DNA of 64,000 nucleotides, from positions 21,592,465 through 21,656,464 of the forward strand of contig JAUZTB010000070.1 of the NCBI GenBank assembly GCA_034780895.1. The letters run 5' to 3'. The notes beneath the pieces are model-generated. The model was not told the DNA's origin. It worked only from the letters and a program-made list of their open reading frames with translations, and made no database searches. The DNA comes from Rhynchobatus australiae (Eukaryota). Shown here piece by piece: positions 35,401-49,294 of the stretch. A program made the position numbers and the translations under genes. How positions within the stretch are numbered: position 1 is the first letter of the stretch; each line of letters opens with the position of its first letter.

Positions 35401-38400
35401 ATGCTTACATGCAAATGACTAATTTTAGTACTTAAGATTCTATTGTTGCTTTTGTCAATTTTAAATGCAACATTCCACCTCACTCCAATTGTTTTGTGAG
35501 TCCTTGACATCTGTACCTGTTATCCCCCTCCAGTGTGCAATTAATGCTACTCCAAGCTGTTGATCTGATACTTAGTTGGCCCAAATGAAATCTTCCTGCA
35601 CAATTTCCTCTATACCCTCTGTTAAAATGTTTGCTTGATTTGTTCAAATGAAGTTGCCAATCCCCGTTATAAACATAACACAGCAGAGCAGGCTTGTGGA
35701 TTGAAATCTAAAGTATTTTCCTACATTGCTGCAGTCCTCTGAATTTGCACTGGTGCTCAAGTGTTGTCTGGAATCTTTGGTCAGACTCTGAAGAATGATG
35801 GCTTCTGCTGAAATATTAAAACCAAGGGTTCAATATGTATATTTTTTTTAAAAATGGCAAGGTTGAATACGTGTTCATGCATAGTGTGTGACTGTGGTGT
35901 TCTCTTAGCCATTCAAAATGTGATGGGTCTGATTTTCAGTTGATGTTCATTATACCTCTGTCCTTGAATGTTTCCTCAAAATGGATTTCCACAGCTGAGC
36001 TTTTAAGCATCAGTACTGATCTTCTGTACCTTGGAGGCAAGTAGTCAAATCTTGATAGATTTGTACTCTTGGGAAGGACTTCAGCTTGTCATGCTGATTT
36101 GTATGGACTTGATGCATGTTGTTCCTAGTCTACAGATTAATGGTGTACATGCCATCTGTGCAACCTCTGAACTTTGAAAATTTGGTAAGTGTGCACGACT
36201 TGTTTTCAGTAAATTGAAAATTAAGTTTGCAAAGTGAGATGAGCATAGGAGTCACCGGAGAAAGAAATAATTAGATCCTGAAAAAAAAAAATGGAGAATT
36301 GGAACTAATTTGGAAGAAATTAGGATGGACTGAATTGCAGCTTTCATATTGGGAGCTGGAAGAAAGTTACCTGTCCAATGACAAACTACATGGAAAATTG
36401 AGGTGGGTTTAAATGTTCAAAAGAAATAGTTGTCTGACTTAGTAGCGCTTAAAGAAGGGTGTGCTGTAGGCATAGTGGGGCAAAGGTGGCATTTCTGCTA
36501 ACTGTTGTCCTGTCATGTACTTGTGACAGTTTATCCTTGAGGATCTTATCTCGCTAATGGATTCATAGAATAACTGAGTTCGTTTGGCCTGTCAGGAACT
36601 TTGCCCAAGTAACCCATGCACTCTCCAGATCTGAACCACGATTTTAATACTTAAATCAAATCTTCTCAACTTTCTGTACTTTTTAAGGTAAACCTCCTTG
36701 GCTGCTCTAATCCTCAATAGGTTGCCACAGGACTGTTCCAGATGCAAGACTAGGACTAGGTTCTTGCAGCCGCCATGTACGTGATATTTTCCCTTCTCCC
36801 ACTTGTCCTTGAATATAAAAGCTATCTTTTAAAAGTGTTTGCTTCATGAATATCCTCCCATCCAATGTATCCATTTCTTGGTTTTCCCTGTTCCCTCCTT
36901 TCTTTTGACTCCCTTATNNNNNNNNNNCTGTAAAATGTTCCCTCTCTGAAGAGTGCTGTGCGAGTATAAAGCGGTGCTTTATCTGGATTGTTATGTTGTG
37001 TTTCATCGCTAATAGCAGCATAATGCACTTGGACCTGGGAGTATTGCACAGTGCTGAGCTGTGACATCAATCCTTCACAAATATAGACCTGCATAAGATG
37101 ATCAGCTCTTTTTAACCAATTGAGGCTTATCCTAAGAAGCTATGATGTTGTGGGCTGGTAACCATAGCGATGTCACCAATAATCCTGCTGCCATTCTTTC
37201 CCCAAAAGTGTGCTGCAGCAGCAGCTGAAGATGCAGACTCGTGAGTTTACTTGGCTTATAATCAGACCCTTAAATGGCAGGAGTACTGCCACAGATTATC
37301 TCTTTGGAATGAATTAAGAATTAGTTTTCTGTCATAGCTGTCCTTTAAAGAAAAAACAAAATGTGCTTCAGAGTATAACTATGAGCTACAACTTCAGAGT
37401 GGCTGTGAACAGGATAATGAAACAAATCTTGGGTGTTCACTTGAACACTGACACCTTTCATCTCTAGCTTTTTTAAATTAAAAAAAAAAATTTACTTGTG
37501 TACCTCAATTTAACTTGGATTCTGTTTCTGTATGGGCAATGAGTGCTGACAGCATTATTCCGAAGGACCAGCCGAGAGTAATTAATGAGCTGAGTGGATC
37601 ATTGAAATTGACTTGACTGAAGCACTCTGGGCTAATCACTTGTCTCTACTTAAACTAATTCACCACTCTTGTTATATTGGGTTTAGTGACTCCTCCTCAA
37701 CAATTCCTTCAATGGCATCACCTGTCACTGTATCTCTAACAGATATAGGAAATTGAGGCAGGCAAAAATGTTAAACTGGACACACGGGCAAGAAATGAAC
37801 ACGTGGGTTCAAACTGCCAAACCTCCTGGGTTGCCTTCCTGCAGGCATTACAAAAGATTAATCTCCAGGCACTGCTGTGAGCAATTGGAGTTTTGAATAT
37901 TTTTTTCATTGAATACTTATTAATCATAGTGGAAGGAATGTAATTAAGATTGACTGCAGTTGGGAGTGGATAGTTATGTGATGTCTTTCAGGAATGTTTA
38001 CCAAGAGTTGCCACTCCTGTATTTGGAAGAGAAAGATAAGGGTTGATGCTTTTAGAGAAGTGGAAAAACCCTTCCCTTTTGTTATCTAATGAACTTGGAT
38101 GTGAGTTAACTTGAAGCACCAAGTAAGTTTTGTGGTTGAGATGCAGTGGGTTCATTCATGCATTGGAATATAAACCTATTTCTGTGCACCTGGACCCATG
38201 CTTCCTTCAGGTTCTGCTGTTTTCCTGTGTAAATGTTTTAACAAAGGCTAGTGTGCTATTATCAGGGAATAACATTAGAAATCAACTGCATTGGCTCCAT
38301 AGTGAAGAGAATGCAAGTTTAAGCTAGAGGAAGATGAACTATTACCTGCTAAATTGATCCTCTTTCTCCAACTTCCACTTCTCCCTCCCTTCACACACCC

Positions 38401-40528
38401 CCCCCCCCCCAGGCGCTGAATGTGACCATAAATTTTTCACTGTGTATGCTATTATATCGGCTTGCTTCCAGGAGTGGGGGGGGGGGTGTTAAATATAACA
38501 TCAGTGAACAATTTTTAACAAATTCAAATCTGTAGAAATCATGAGAGGAAAGTATTTTAGTAATTTGTCAGAGTCCATTTTACTTTGGTCCTGTGCAATG
38601 CATTGTACCTATTCATTAAAACACAGCCCTTCATCTCACTATCAAAGGTCATGTGAGACTACATACTTTGAAGTGATAATGCCTTAACTCTTGTTGGAAG
38701 TGACTGGAGGCCATTTGTATTCCAGAATCCTATTTGTTTTGCATTGTTTGAAGCCTTTAATGTCTAGTTGTTCTTCAGTAATGCATGAGACATTCAAATC
38801 TAAATTGTGTTCTGGACGTATGGATGGAAAACTACTGGACGGCTTGCTTGTCATATTCTGAGCTTTTAAGCTAGCTTGTTGATACTTAAATATGGCTAAT
38901 TACATTTAATGTTTCAAGCCAGTGTGATGACAGCCTTGCAAGGCTTTTTGTGGAAGTTCTGCTGAAAACCAGAAATGGCTAATTCTAATTTTGGATAAAG
39001 CTTTGAGTTATCTTCCATTGCATGCAGCACTATGCTGGAGTTGTTTCCTAGCTTGCCATCTTATTGGTTGTTTTCTACCTTGCACTTTGGAAATTTCTTA
39101 CTGAGCTGCAACAATGAACCTCACTTGCATTCTCTGCCAACACTAGCCTACATTCCAAGCAATGTAACTTGGCCTTATTGGAAAGTCTTGCATCAGGGCC
39201 AATGTAACCAATCTTCGTCTCTCCCATGACACAGTTATCTTGCCCAAAAAGTGCATGTGGTAATCTTGGATTTAGTAATATTAATACAGCTGAATCTCCA
39301 GAGGTACTGGTGACCATGCTGCTCGGATGCATGAAATATTCTTGGGTTTGTCCACCTGGGAGCAGAGGAAGGAGCTGCAGGGGGGAATGCTTTCTTTTGG
39401 TCGGCTGTTGAACAGAACAGGCTGGCGACTGACCTTTTTTGGCCTTCTCCGCTAAGCTGTGAGCTGAGGAGGACTAATGGATTGGGTGAACGTGGGAATG
39501 CTGTGTCTAAGTTCCAAGGGTGGATTTTGCACTTTAATCCACCAAATCTAACTTTGGTGGCAAACCAGCTCATTTTCTTTGGAGCTTTGCATGTTATTGA
39601 TTGTTGCTCTTTAATGTTGTGCTTCTCTCGAGCATGGTTGAAGCTTCCATGAGCTCTGTCCAGAAAGGCAGTGATGAACTCTGTAAAATATTTCCCCAAA
39701 CTTGAAGGTGTTGCGTGCATGGTAAGAGACATTTTTGAAAGTGTATTGATCCCAGTGTTGTAGTATCTGTTGGCAGACTCGGAAGGTCATGGGTTGCATC
39801 CTGACCTGTGTTAACTGAGTTGATCTTGCTGAGGCTGGCAGTGATGATGTTATGATTGGCTTTGCATCTGTTTGGAGAGTGGTGTCAGCCAGGGTACCTG
39901 TGATTTGCTGATGAAATGCCTTTACTAGAAGGTATGTGTGCAAACATTGAGTGATGACTAAAGCACTTCTCTAATTTTAATCTTGTAGTTGAGTAATTTT
40001 ATCACTCACTGTGTAGTTTATGGACACAGTCCTGTCATAGCGACAGGTACTTGTCTCTGCTGCATCCACACATAGCAAGAAATCTATACCTTCTGGACCA
40101 CAGAAAGCCATGAAAATACTGACAGTGAAAACGGGAAATCAAGATCTGTCATTGGAGGGGTGAGGATGAGATTTGATGCAGTCACAAAAATTACCTTGAA
40201 GACTGAGCAAAGCTGGAGGCTAAGCACAGAATGCTGCTCCTCGCATTGGAGGCTGGAGAAGACCAGACTCAGTGACAGGCATGTTAATGAAATTTCCTCA
40301 GTTGTTCACAGTGCCATTCCTTTGAGATTAGAAAATCAAGCAGCCAGCATCAACAAGTCTTAAACAAGTCTTCTGTGGTGCATTTTTACAATTATGTTCC
40401 CATTAAGCAACCATCCGTAACTCCGATCTGCACCTGTATTCTACACGTGCAAGATGGTGTGACTAATTTTATTGCAAGTCATTTTGTCTCTTAATTAACT
40501 TTTTCTTTTTCTTTTTTCTTTACAAAAG

Positions 40529-40626
40529 GCTCCATCACAGTCAGCACAACAGTTGAAGTTTACTACCTCGGACTCCTGTGATCGAATCAAAGATGAGTTT
40601 CAGTTTCTGCAAGCCCAGTATCACAG
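40529..40626 (+). CDS. TLE5: TLE5/AES-like coding exon 2, Q domain ([33 protein letters not shown])
   Basis: Polypyrimidine tract plus AAG acceptor, 98 nt, donor AG|[24 protein letters not shown] is the AES/TLE5-type sequence; TLE3 has [16 protein letters not shown] and TLE4 has FKFTISESCDRIKEEF. Confidence 0.95.
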
Positions 40627-41029
40627 GTAATGAGACTTTCTTGAATTGGAGGCTGCGTGTCAGGCATGCATATTACTAGAAACCATTTCACTTCAGGGTA
40701 ATAAATGGCAGTGTACAGTAAGTATTGAAAGGTGAAAGTTGCAATTCATTTCATCTAAGCTTCAGTGCACATTAAGTTGCCAATAATTTTATTATTAATG
40801 CCCGAATCGAAGGCAGCTTTTTGAATGATGGTTTATTCAGCAAGTATTAGCTTATTAGACATTAATAGTTCAGCTGCGTGAGAACTGTGCATACTGAAAT
40901 AAAACAAAATTGCTGGAAACCGTCAGCAGAGCAGATAGAGTTGCTGTTTCAGTTTGAAGGCCAGCAAGTGCAGATTTTTGATTTTACTAACTGGACACTC
41001 ATAGGGGAGTGCTGTGTGTACACAGGAAG

Positions 41030-41258
41030 ACCAGAGGGGCAAATTCTTTGCGCAGAGGTAGTGCGTATGTGGAATGAACTGCTAGAGAAGGTAGTTGAGG
41101 CAGGTATAATATCATTCAAAAGACATTAGGGCAAGTATATGGATATAATATGGGCCAAGCATGGGCTAATGGGACTAGCTTTGGTGGGCACCTTGGTTGG
41201 CATGGATAAGTTGGGCCGAAGGGCCTGTTTCCATGCTGTATTACTCTATGACTCTATA
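41030..41258 (+). mobile_element. CR1 LINE 3' end
   Basis: VVRMWNELLEKVVEAGIISFKRH plus tail TGGGCCGAAGGGCCTGTTTCCATGCTGTA..ACTCTATGACTCTA. Confidence 0.88.
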
Positions 41259-41262
41259 AATG

Positions 41263-41572
41263 AGCAGCACAATGGCATAGTTAGTCATGTCCTTTCAATG
41301 CCAGACTGCTGGTTGAATCCTGACCTTGGATGCTAGCTGTGTGGGGTTTACATGTTTTTCCTCTGACTGTTTGGGTTTCCTGCCAGTGTTCGAATTTTCT
41401 CTTTTGTCCGAAAGATGTAAGTGTTCATAACTTAATTGACCACTGCAAATTGTCGCAAGTGTGTAGGTGAGTGGTAGAATTTTAAGCAAACATTAATGAT
41501 TGTTGTAAATGGATGGTTGGCATAAACACAGTGGGCTGAAGGATCTGTTTCTGTACCATTTCTCTAATTCTA
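41263..41572 (+). mobile_element. V-SINE copy (diverged)
   Basis: GCAGCACAATGGCATAG head, GTTGAATCCTGACC B-box, V-like core, GGGCTGAAGGATCTGTTTCTGTAC tail. Confidence 0.72.
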
Positions 41573-41761
41573 TAATGGTTCAGGTACTGTGCTTTCAATG
41601 CAGAATCACAATGATAAATTATGAAATTGGCTTTAGTTTCTAAACTGGTGCCAGTTTGGAAAATCAGTTGGAAATTTTTTCGATGTTTTCCAGAGAATGG
41701 AATCTTGTTAGCTCTGTGTACTCTTTTGACTTGCAGACAACTCCAGTTCCACACTCTTGTA

Positions 41762-41855
41762 CGAAAACAGAAAATGGCAGAAATGTTTAGCTGGTCAGGC
41801 AGCATCTGTGAAAAGAAACGGTTAATGTTTCCGGTTGAGGACCCTTCCGTAGAGG
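41762..41855 (-). mobile_element. Penelope-like terminal repeat fragment
   Basis: AAACAGAAAATGGCAGAAATGTTTAGCTGGTCAGGCAGCATCTGTG. Confidence 0.65.
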
Positions 41856-42154
41856 AAAGGACAATGTTCTTGTGATTGTCATTGTGACCAGTTAAATGAT
41901 AGTTTTGAATGAGATCTGATGTGGGCTTCATGTCCAATAAATTTCTTGTTTTGGTCTTTAGGTCAGTTGAGCAACAGCTGGTGAGACTTTAGGAAGNNNN
42001 NNNNNNGAAGAATTGGACTTAAATTTTGCCACTTAAGTACTGTAATTCAGGTTAATCTGCTCTGTTGCTACAATGCCTACTGTGGTTCATAATATTTCTT
42101 GTATGTCTCTTACCACAGTGTACATTAGAGAGCTTGCATCAGAACTCTAAATCT

Positions 42155-42290
42155 CAGAGAGACATAGAGCTATCCAGTATGGAAACAGCCCTTCAGCCCA
42201 ACTTGTCTGTGACCTACCTGAGCTAGTCCTGTTTGGCCCATATCCCTCTAAACCTTTCCTACATTTGGAACTGTCCAAATGCTTTTAAAA
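42155..42290 (-). mobile_element. CR1 3' tail
   Basis: CATAGAGCTATCCAGTATGGAAACAGCCCTTCAGCCCAAC...CCCATATCCCTCTAAACCTTTCCT. Confidence 0.8.
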
Positions 42291-45200
42291 TCTGGCACTT
42301 TTGGTATTATGCTAATACCAGACTAGCAGATTTTCTGGACTGTTGCTTTAATAAGCAAACACACTGATTTTGCTTGCTTTGCATGCTGTGCAATAGTATA
42401 ACTTTTTTTTCTAGTGAATCCTGTCAGTTTATAGGGAGCAGGCAAAATGCAAGCAGGGTGAGCTCTGGCCCCAGACTCGGTTTTACTGATTTTTCCCTCA
42501 GCAATATTGGGTTGAACAATAAGAAAGCCAAAAAACATTTTAAGCATGTTGATCCTTTAAGCTGTTTAAAGATTGTAATTTGGTAGGGCTTTTGTCTTTG
42601 AAAGAAAGTCTTGAATTTTTTTTTGATAGAACCTTTGTGATACCTGCAGGTTGTCCCTAAATGCTTTGCAACCATTGAAATACATTTGGAAGTGCACTTA
42701 TTGTTGGGGGAAAAATCCGTAGCCAATTTTTGCACAAGCTCTCAATGTGACAATAACCTGATAATCTAATAGGGTACATTGCCTTGTTCAACATATTTCC
42801 CAATGATTTATAGAAATGGAATTATTCAGTTTTCTCCATTTCTTATGTCATTGCTCTGGGTTGCAAGATTGGAACTAGCTGGCATACACTGACTAGTGTC
42901 TTGAAATGCTAGATTGAGTTGAAGATAAATAGTTTTCATGATTTCTGCTCTTGTTAATTTAAAAATATGGTGGCTTTAAGATGACTGATGGTCAGGAGGT
43001 TTTCATTCACCACCTACTAACCCTTGAGGTGTGCCTTGCTGTTTAAAGGGCTTTGACTCTGTGCTCCAGGATGTGCTTATAGCCTGGAGCTGAAGTGTAC
43101 AGCCAGCAGAAGGAATACTGTAAATATCCATTGATCTGTGGTCCTTTTCCTAGTCTCCCCTGCCAGTGGAACATTTGTATTGTTAATATCTTTTTGAGAA
43201 ATACCATGGTCCTATTATTATGCATCTCCCTAGTAGATATTCTTTAGAACCAGTTTTCTTTTCCCACCCAAGGAATATGTACATTATTACAAATGCAGGA
43301 AATCCTCATTTATAATATCTCCTAATATTTTTAAAATCTTATATGTCCCAGTCATGTGAGATGCCTCGTGACCCTCCAAATGAGGTTTTCCCTTAGTTAT
43401 TGAGTTGATCTTCAGTGTGAACCAACTTGTTAGTGAACCTATTAAAGCGGAATCTGTCGTCCCTATAACTTCCTAACTATAATTTGATTTGCTTATTCTC
43501 CTCATCATTCATTATTCAATGCAGGCCTGTCCTTGTGGTTGAATAAGCTGGGGGTGAATGCAGTACTTCCTGCAGATTGATCATGATTAGGAATTTTAAT
43601 TTTCAGATTTAACAAATTAAAAACCAAAGAAATGCCCCTGAATGCTGACATGTGAAAAATATTTTTTTTCAACTGGTAAAATTTCTTGGAGCAACAAAGG
43701 TTAAAGTAAAATGTAAATTCTNNNNNNNNNNNNNNNNNNNNNNNNNNNNNNNNNNNNNNNNNNNNNNNNNNNNNNNNNNNNNNNNNNNNNNNNNNNNNNN
43801 NNNNNNNNNNNNNNNNNNNNNTTAAAGTAAAATGTAAATTCTACGCAGCTCAGAATGCTGGTTATGGTTTTCAAAACCTGTGTATAAACTGACCATTCCC
43901 ATTCTTCCAGTGATCAATGGTGAATGATAAAAGTGGCACAAATAAAAAAATAACACAGACAAAATAAGGTTAAAAGATGTGCATTATTATATGAAAAAGA
44001 ATTAAGATCTTGTCAAAGAAATAAATATGGATTTGTAACTGCTAAAAAGACAAGTGGATTGATTTCTATGGTAAACTGTCAGTGGGATTTGAGAGCACCT
44101 ACACAATGTATCACACCAAAAAACAGTCTTAAATTCTGTGGCAGTACTGATTTTTTTTTCACTAATTGAGAAAGAGGAGGACATTCATAAATTTGGTTGC
44201 CCAATGGTGGTGATGGATCAAGTGACTGCATCCCTTGGAGTTGCTCTCACCACAGGATCTCTGGCAAAATTCTGCCAGCTTTACATAAGAGTATTTGCAG
44301 CTTTCACAGATGATGCATTACATTGATGAATAATAAAGCAAGAGTTGCCCCTGCTGAAAAGCCTGAAATGTCCAACTGTAATATTTTATTTCTGCGGTAA
44401 ACTGCCATAGTTGATACTTAGTTATGAAAACTGCAAATATGCAATTCTTTCTCTAATGATGTTGCACATAGGTTCTCAACACATTCCCCACACTGTGCCC
44501 ATGGAGATTTCTATTGGAAATTTTTGGACCAAAGTGTTGTAATAACTAAAATCACCCAAATTTGTCAAACACTCCAAATTGAACCATAAGTTGTTCAAGT
44601 CGGTGTTGATTTTTGTATGTACAGCTTAGCAACAAAATGTCTTCTCTTGAAGTGAGCTATTTCATATAACATGAATTTATTATCAGGCATAGTAACAAAG
44701 GGCCAATTGCCATCCATTTGTAATCATCCCTTTTAACACTTGTCAAACTGTGAAGGAGCTACTTAGCTGGCATTGCGGTTTCCGTAAAATGCAGCTGTGC
44801 ATGGCACAAAATTTGTCCAACAGTGGAATGAAAATTGGGCAAAGTTTACTCAACTAGGACACAGGAACTTCACAGCTCTCTCCTGGTTTATTGAAATGCA
44901 TTGGGCAATTGTATATTATTTAGGATATAAAGTTGCTTCCATGTTTCAATGTATTCTTGTAGAGATACATACTCTGGTTGAAAGTTAATGCTTGTATCAA
45001 AACACAACTTTCTCCTTTTTTAATATGCATTCAATTCATTATTGATTTTTTTTTTCTTTTTAATTGAGGGTTTTGCTAGAATTGCCATATTAGCTACTTC
45101 TATTGGGGATGGGAGTGTGATGAGGTAATTCCTCAGATTTGCTAGTCTACAAGTATTTTAGGTTAATCTGTTTTTAAAAAGTTATGGAAAACTACTCTCC

Positions 45201-46344
45201 AAAACTTAAGAATTTAGATTAACATCTGTTGCGCTTTCTCAGTGCCACATTGCCACTCCCCAAAACCCCTTCCTTTCCAAATTATTGCACTGAATTTTGC
45301 AAGAGGTGTGGTATTTCATTTTGCCTTTAACTTTGTTAAAACCAATGAATACATTCAGTGACTGTGTAGCTTTAATAATGTGATCAATGATGAAGGAAAT
45401 CTCCAGATGTCCCAAAGTAATTGTAATAAATTAAGTGCTTATGAAGTGTGGTTATTTTTTAATAAAAGGACTCAGTAACAAACTTAAATACAATCAGTGC
45501 CCCATAAATGGGATTGTGGTGGAATATGTTCTGGGCAGGTCTCCAATAAGTTGATGAAGACCAGAACAAGGAGCATTATCCATATTTAGGGAGTGGCACA
45601 AATAGGCCACTTGAGTACCATGCTATCACTAGGAGATGAAAGTCTGACAAGTTGAGAGAGGTTCATTGTTGTTTTAATTGAGTCCTTCACCCTGCCAATC
45701 TGTACCTTTGTGTAATCTATCAGAGGAAGATTAGCAGTTAGCTGCTTGGAGGCTAAGAGCTGAAATCATGGTAGATCTCATCTGACATTTATACAAAGCC
45801 GGTACTTTGTTTTCTAAGCTCTGCAGCAAAGATGCGGCCCTTGTATTTTTGCAGGCACTCTGAATATAGAGCTGCCGACACTAACGATATCCCGTGTACC
45901 GAGAGATTTGCATGCATGAGCATTCCACTGTGATCGTTATCTGAAATTTGTCATCACTGCTATTTGGTTGGAATACTTGTCAGTATGATCATCATTGCTT
46001 CTGACCTCTCAATTTATTAATGCAGGTGCTGTGATTAAAATATGTTTGTTTTAATAATTTTTAAAAATTGTGGCACATGGAATTGTGTTGATGCTGTTGT
46101 GCTTTTGCATGTTACGTTGATTTGGAGCATGGCATATGTTACATAGGAGCTGCATAGATTTTACTTTGTAAAACAGACCATTTGGGTCCTCTGCTATACA
46201 TTTGCCAGTGTTGATTGCAGCAGTCTTGCTTCTGAGTGTACCTCTACTTTTGTTACGTCCTAGACTTGAATATGCCACTGTTCTGTTGGTTGTTCCCCTC
46301 ATTCTGTTCTTAAACTTGAGGTCATCCAAAATTCCCCACTGCCA

Positions 46345-46560
46345 TCAAATTCTATGACTTGAAAAACCCTAACACTACCTTGGACCATATTTTTACTCTC
46401 TCTCAACTTGCACTAATGTCGTTATGCTTATTTTGTCATGTAAGTTAGGTTCAATTTATGTTAAGTTTGTTAACTTGTGTTTGGTCACGTTTGTAATGTA
46501 CCATGTTACTACGCAAAAAGTCAATTTTCATGGCATAAATACTTGTGATTATATGCTGAT
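46345..46560 (+). mobile_element. Rex1/Babar-like LINE 3' tail
   Basis: T-rich UTR ending GCAAAAAGTCAATTTTCATGGCATA; family assignment is tentative. Confidence 0.45.
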
Positions 46561-47844
46561 TCTTATGTGAAACAAATGTTTTGGGGGAAGAAAAAATAAT
46601 ATTTATGATGCAATGCAGTAATTCTGAACAAACATTACATTAGATTATTAAACTGATTCATCCATTTTGGTATTGTCAGCTATTTGCATTCTGCAGTAAC
46701 AGGAGGAAACTAGTCAGTGAATTTGCAAATTGATTTAATGAATTCAAATGCCTATACAGTTTTGAGAAATGAAAAATTATTAATTTGAAACAATTGCAGT
46801 GCATTGAGTGGCTTAAGTAAAATCTCCAAAGGAAATGGTTACAATTATAATTTTTATTCAGAAGCCAGTTGTGTGGGTGAAGTGATTAGGTAACAATAAT
46901 TTAATGTCTTTTAAATATGAAGCAGCTTTTTATTCAATTGAAAACCACGTCTGGACTCTTTATAAATTTCTTAAAGTTGAGCTGTAATAAAGGTGTTTAC
47001 TTAAGTATCTGGGCGGAGGCAGCCGCTCACTCTTGAGCATTGTGTATACCCTTAAATGGGTTTTATTCATCACGTGAGCAAACTGTTTTGAAATTAAGAA
47101 ATAATTTGAATAAATGATTTGGAGAACCTTGTCAAAATTGGGATCTATCTCTTTGCACAGAATTGTTGAAAGAGACGGCAATAATGTACACCACATATGA
47201 AGAGAGTCAGTTGGTTTCCTGCTGAACAAAGCAGGCATTGAATGACAAGTAGGAATCTTCCAGTCACCAGACTAGCAGTGCATTCTCAGAACTTTGGGGC
47301 CCTACCTCTTTAATGTTCCTATAGCTCTAAATTTTAGATTGTTGCATCCCCTATTTTGTTTGTCATATGTCTGTGTGAATTAAAATACTTAATTGACATA
47401 CTAACAAACATCCAGCAATGCTGTTGGTTTGGAGTTTAATGTATATGTTTGACCAGTAGCTTATTAAAATAATGCATTCTGGGAAAGTATCCCATGCAGG
47501 CAACTTCTGAAGAGGAAATTCAGGACTTAGAATGTCAGGATCCTCAGTGACAGAACTGAATGCTGTGGTGGGGAGGGGGGGCAGGGGATGGTTTCAGGCA
47601 TATTGATATTGTCCTCTTGAGAGATGCTGCCACGAAATTGCCAACCAGAAGAGTAAAAGTGGTGGGTTCATCCTTTTGAAGGGCAAATCAGAAGAACACT
47701 TGTCAACGTGGGGTGGGCTTTACCATCCAGAATGAGTTAATCTTAGTAATGTCCCTGTGGAGTGTAAGCACCTTATGACCCTCTGATTCATTGTAAAACA
47801 CAGCCAGCAGGCTATGGTTATACCAAACCTGCAGGTTACAGGTG

Positions 47845-47938
47845 AAGCCAAGGAGAACTTGGATCCTGAAGAAATCCTGGCCTGCTTCCCTGAGGGAGCC
47901 ACACTGATACTCCTGGGCAACTTCAATACCAGGGTTAG
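47845..47938 (+). mobile_element. LINE AP-endonuclease fragment (RTE-like)
   Basis: EEILACFPEGATLILLGNFNTRV matches the APE motif LILLGDFNARVG; truncated by a gap. Confidence 0.7.
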
Positions 47939-48184
47939 NNNNNNNNNNNNNNNNNNNNNNNNNNNNNNNNNNNNNNNNNNNNNNNNNNNNNNNNNNNNNN
48001 NNNNNNNNNNNNNNNNNNNNNNNNNNNNNNNNNNNNNNGTACTAGTCTCACTTATCCATAATCCCTGTGACTGCTGAGCCTTATTGGCTCTCATTTAAGC
48101 TGTACCAGAATTTAAAATGTTCTTTATTTTAAAATCTCCCTGCGGTTAGTTTTGTCCCTTTTCTCTGTAATTTTTTAGGTTCTG

Positions 48185-48445
48185 TGGCCATCAGGTTTCT
48201 GCTCTGCTCCTTCATTGTTGAGAATTCCATAACTGAATTACTGCCCCATGATTTCCAAGTCCTAAACCTCCCCAGAAGTTTGCTGCATAACTCCTCGACC
48301 TTCTTCTGTAAGATGCCCTTTTCTACCTCTTTGACCAAACCTTTGATCATTTGCCCTAATATCTTAGTTGAATCAATGTAAATCTTTGGTTGGATCATAC
48401 CGCAGAGTGCATTATCTATATTTAAAGATGCCACCTAAATGGAAG
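48185..48445 (+). mobile_element. L2-like 3' tail
   Basis: Similar to 9710-9895 (CCTAAACCTC...CTCTTTGACCAA...TTTAAAGATGC..AAATGGAAGTTG). Confidence 0.5.
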
Positions 48446-49294
48446 TTGGTAGTGGATGTATCAGAGATCATTAGTTCAGGACTCATTTGAGAAAGTTGGG
48501 TATATGATAGAGGCTAGAACTCCAGTACTGTTTTATGAACAATTTAGATACTTAAGTCCTTTTGGACAATTTTACAGAAGTGTTTACTGGTTTGATGCTC
48601 TTCCCTTGCTCAACAGTGCTATGAAAATAGGTTCATTTAGGCTCTTACCGCATTGCTGATTGTGGGACCTTGCAATATACAAACTGACTGTTAACTTCCT
48701 ACAATACAATAATGAATATATTTGGAAAGTGCATTGATCTCCAGAAGGAGATGATATAGAAGCTGTAGAAATGTAAGCCTTTTGTACTCTACTCCACTCC
48801 AAGCCACTCCTATCATATTTTGGAATCTTGAATGATCAAAATCTGTTTTAAAATGGAGTTGCTGATTCATTAGGACATCGGTCTTTGAACTGTGAGGCAC
48901 AGGTTATAAATTCAAAGATATGTTGGTCATGTTCAGATATTTGCAGAAGGTTACAATAAAAGGATTGCCCCTCACTTAAGAGTGAGAACTGACTTTTGTA
49001 TAAAGAGAATGTAAACTCATCCACAGAGTCAAATTGAATTTCCAGTGCTCAGCCATGTAGGCTAGTTCTGAATATTCTTTTGCAGACATTCGCTTCCAAA
49101 GGACTGATTGTTATCAAAATCTTTTACTGCGACATCATTGCTAAGCCTATGAGGATATCCATTTTTAAAAAAATTATTAACCAAACTTGCTCCCTGGAAC
49201 ACAGTGGTCATTTGGTCTATTTTTAGATTTGGTTGGTCGAGCTGCTGAGCCTGGAGTAAGTGATTGTTGAGCTGTACCTCAAGGTTTCACATGA

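Noticed and set aside
39032-39943. ORFs of 60-165 aa on both strands
   Set aside because: No identifiable protein motif or exon signals; consistent with chance ORFs in intronic DNA.
43701-43842. TTAAAGTAAAATGTAAATTCT duplicated around an N run
   Set aside because: Scaffolding overlap artefact.
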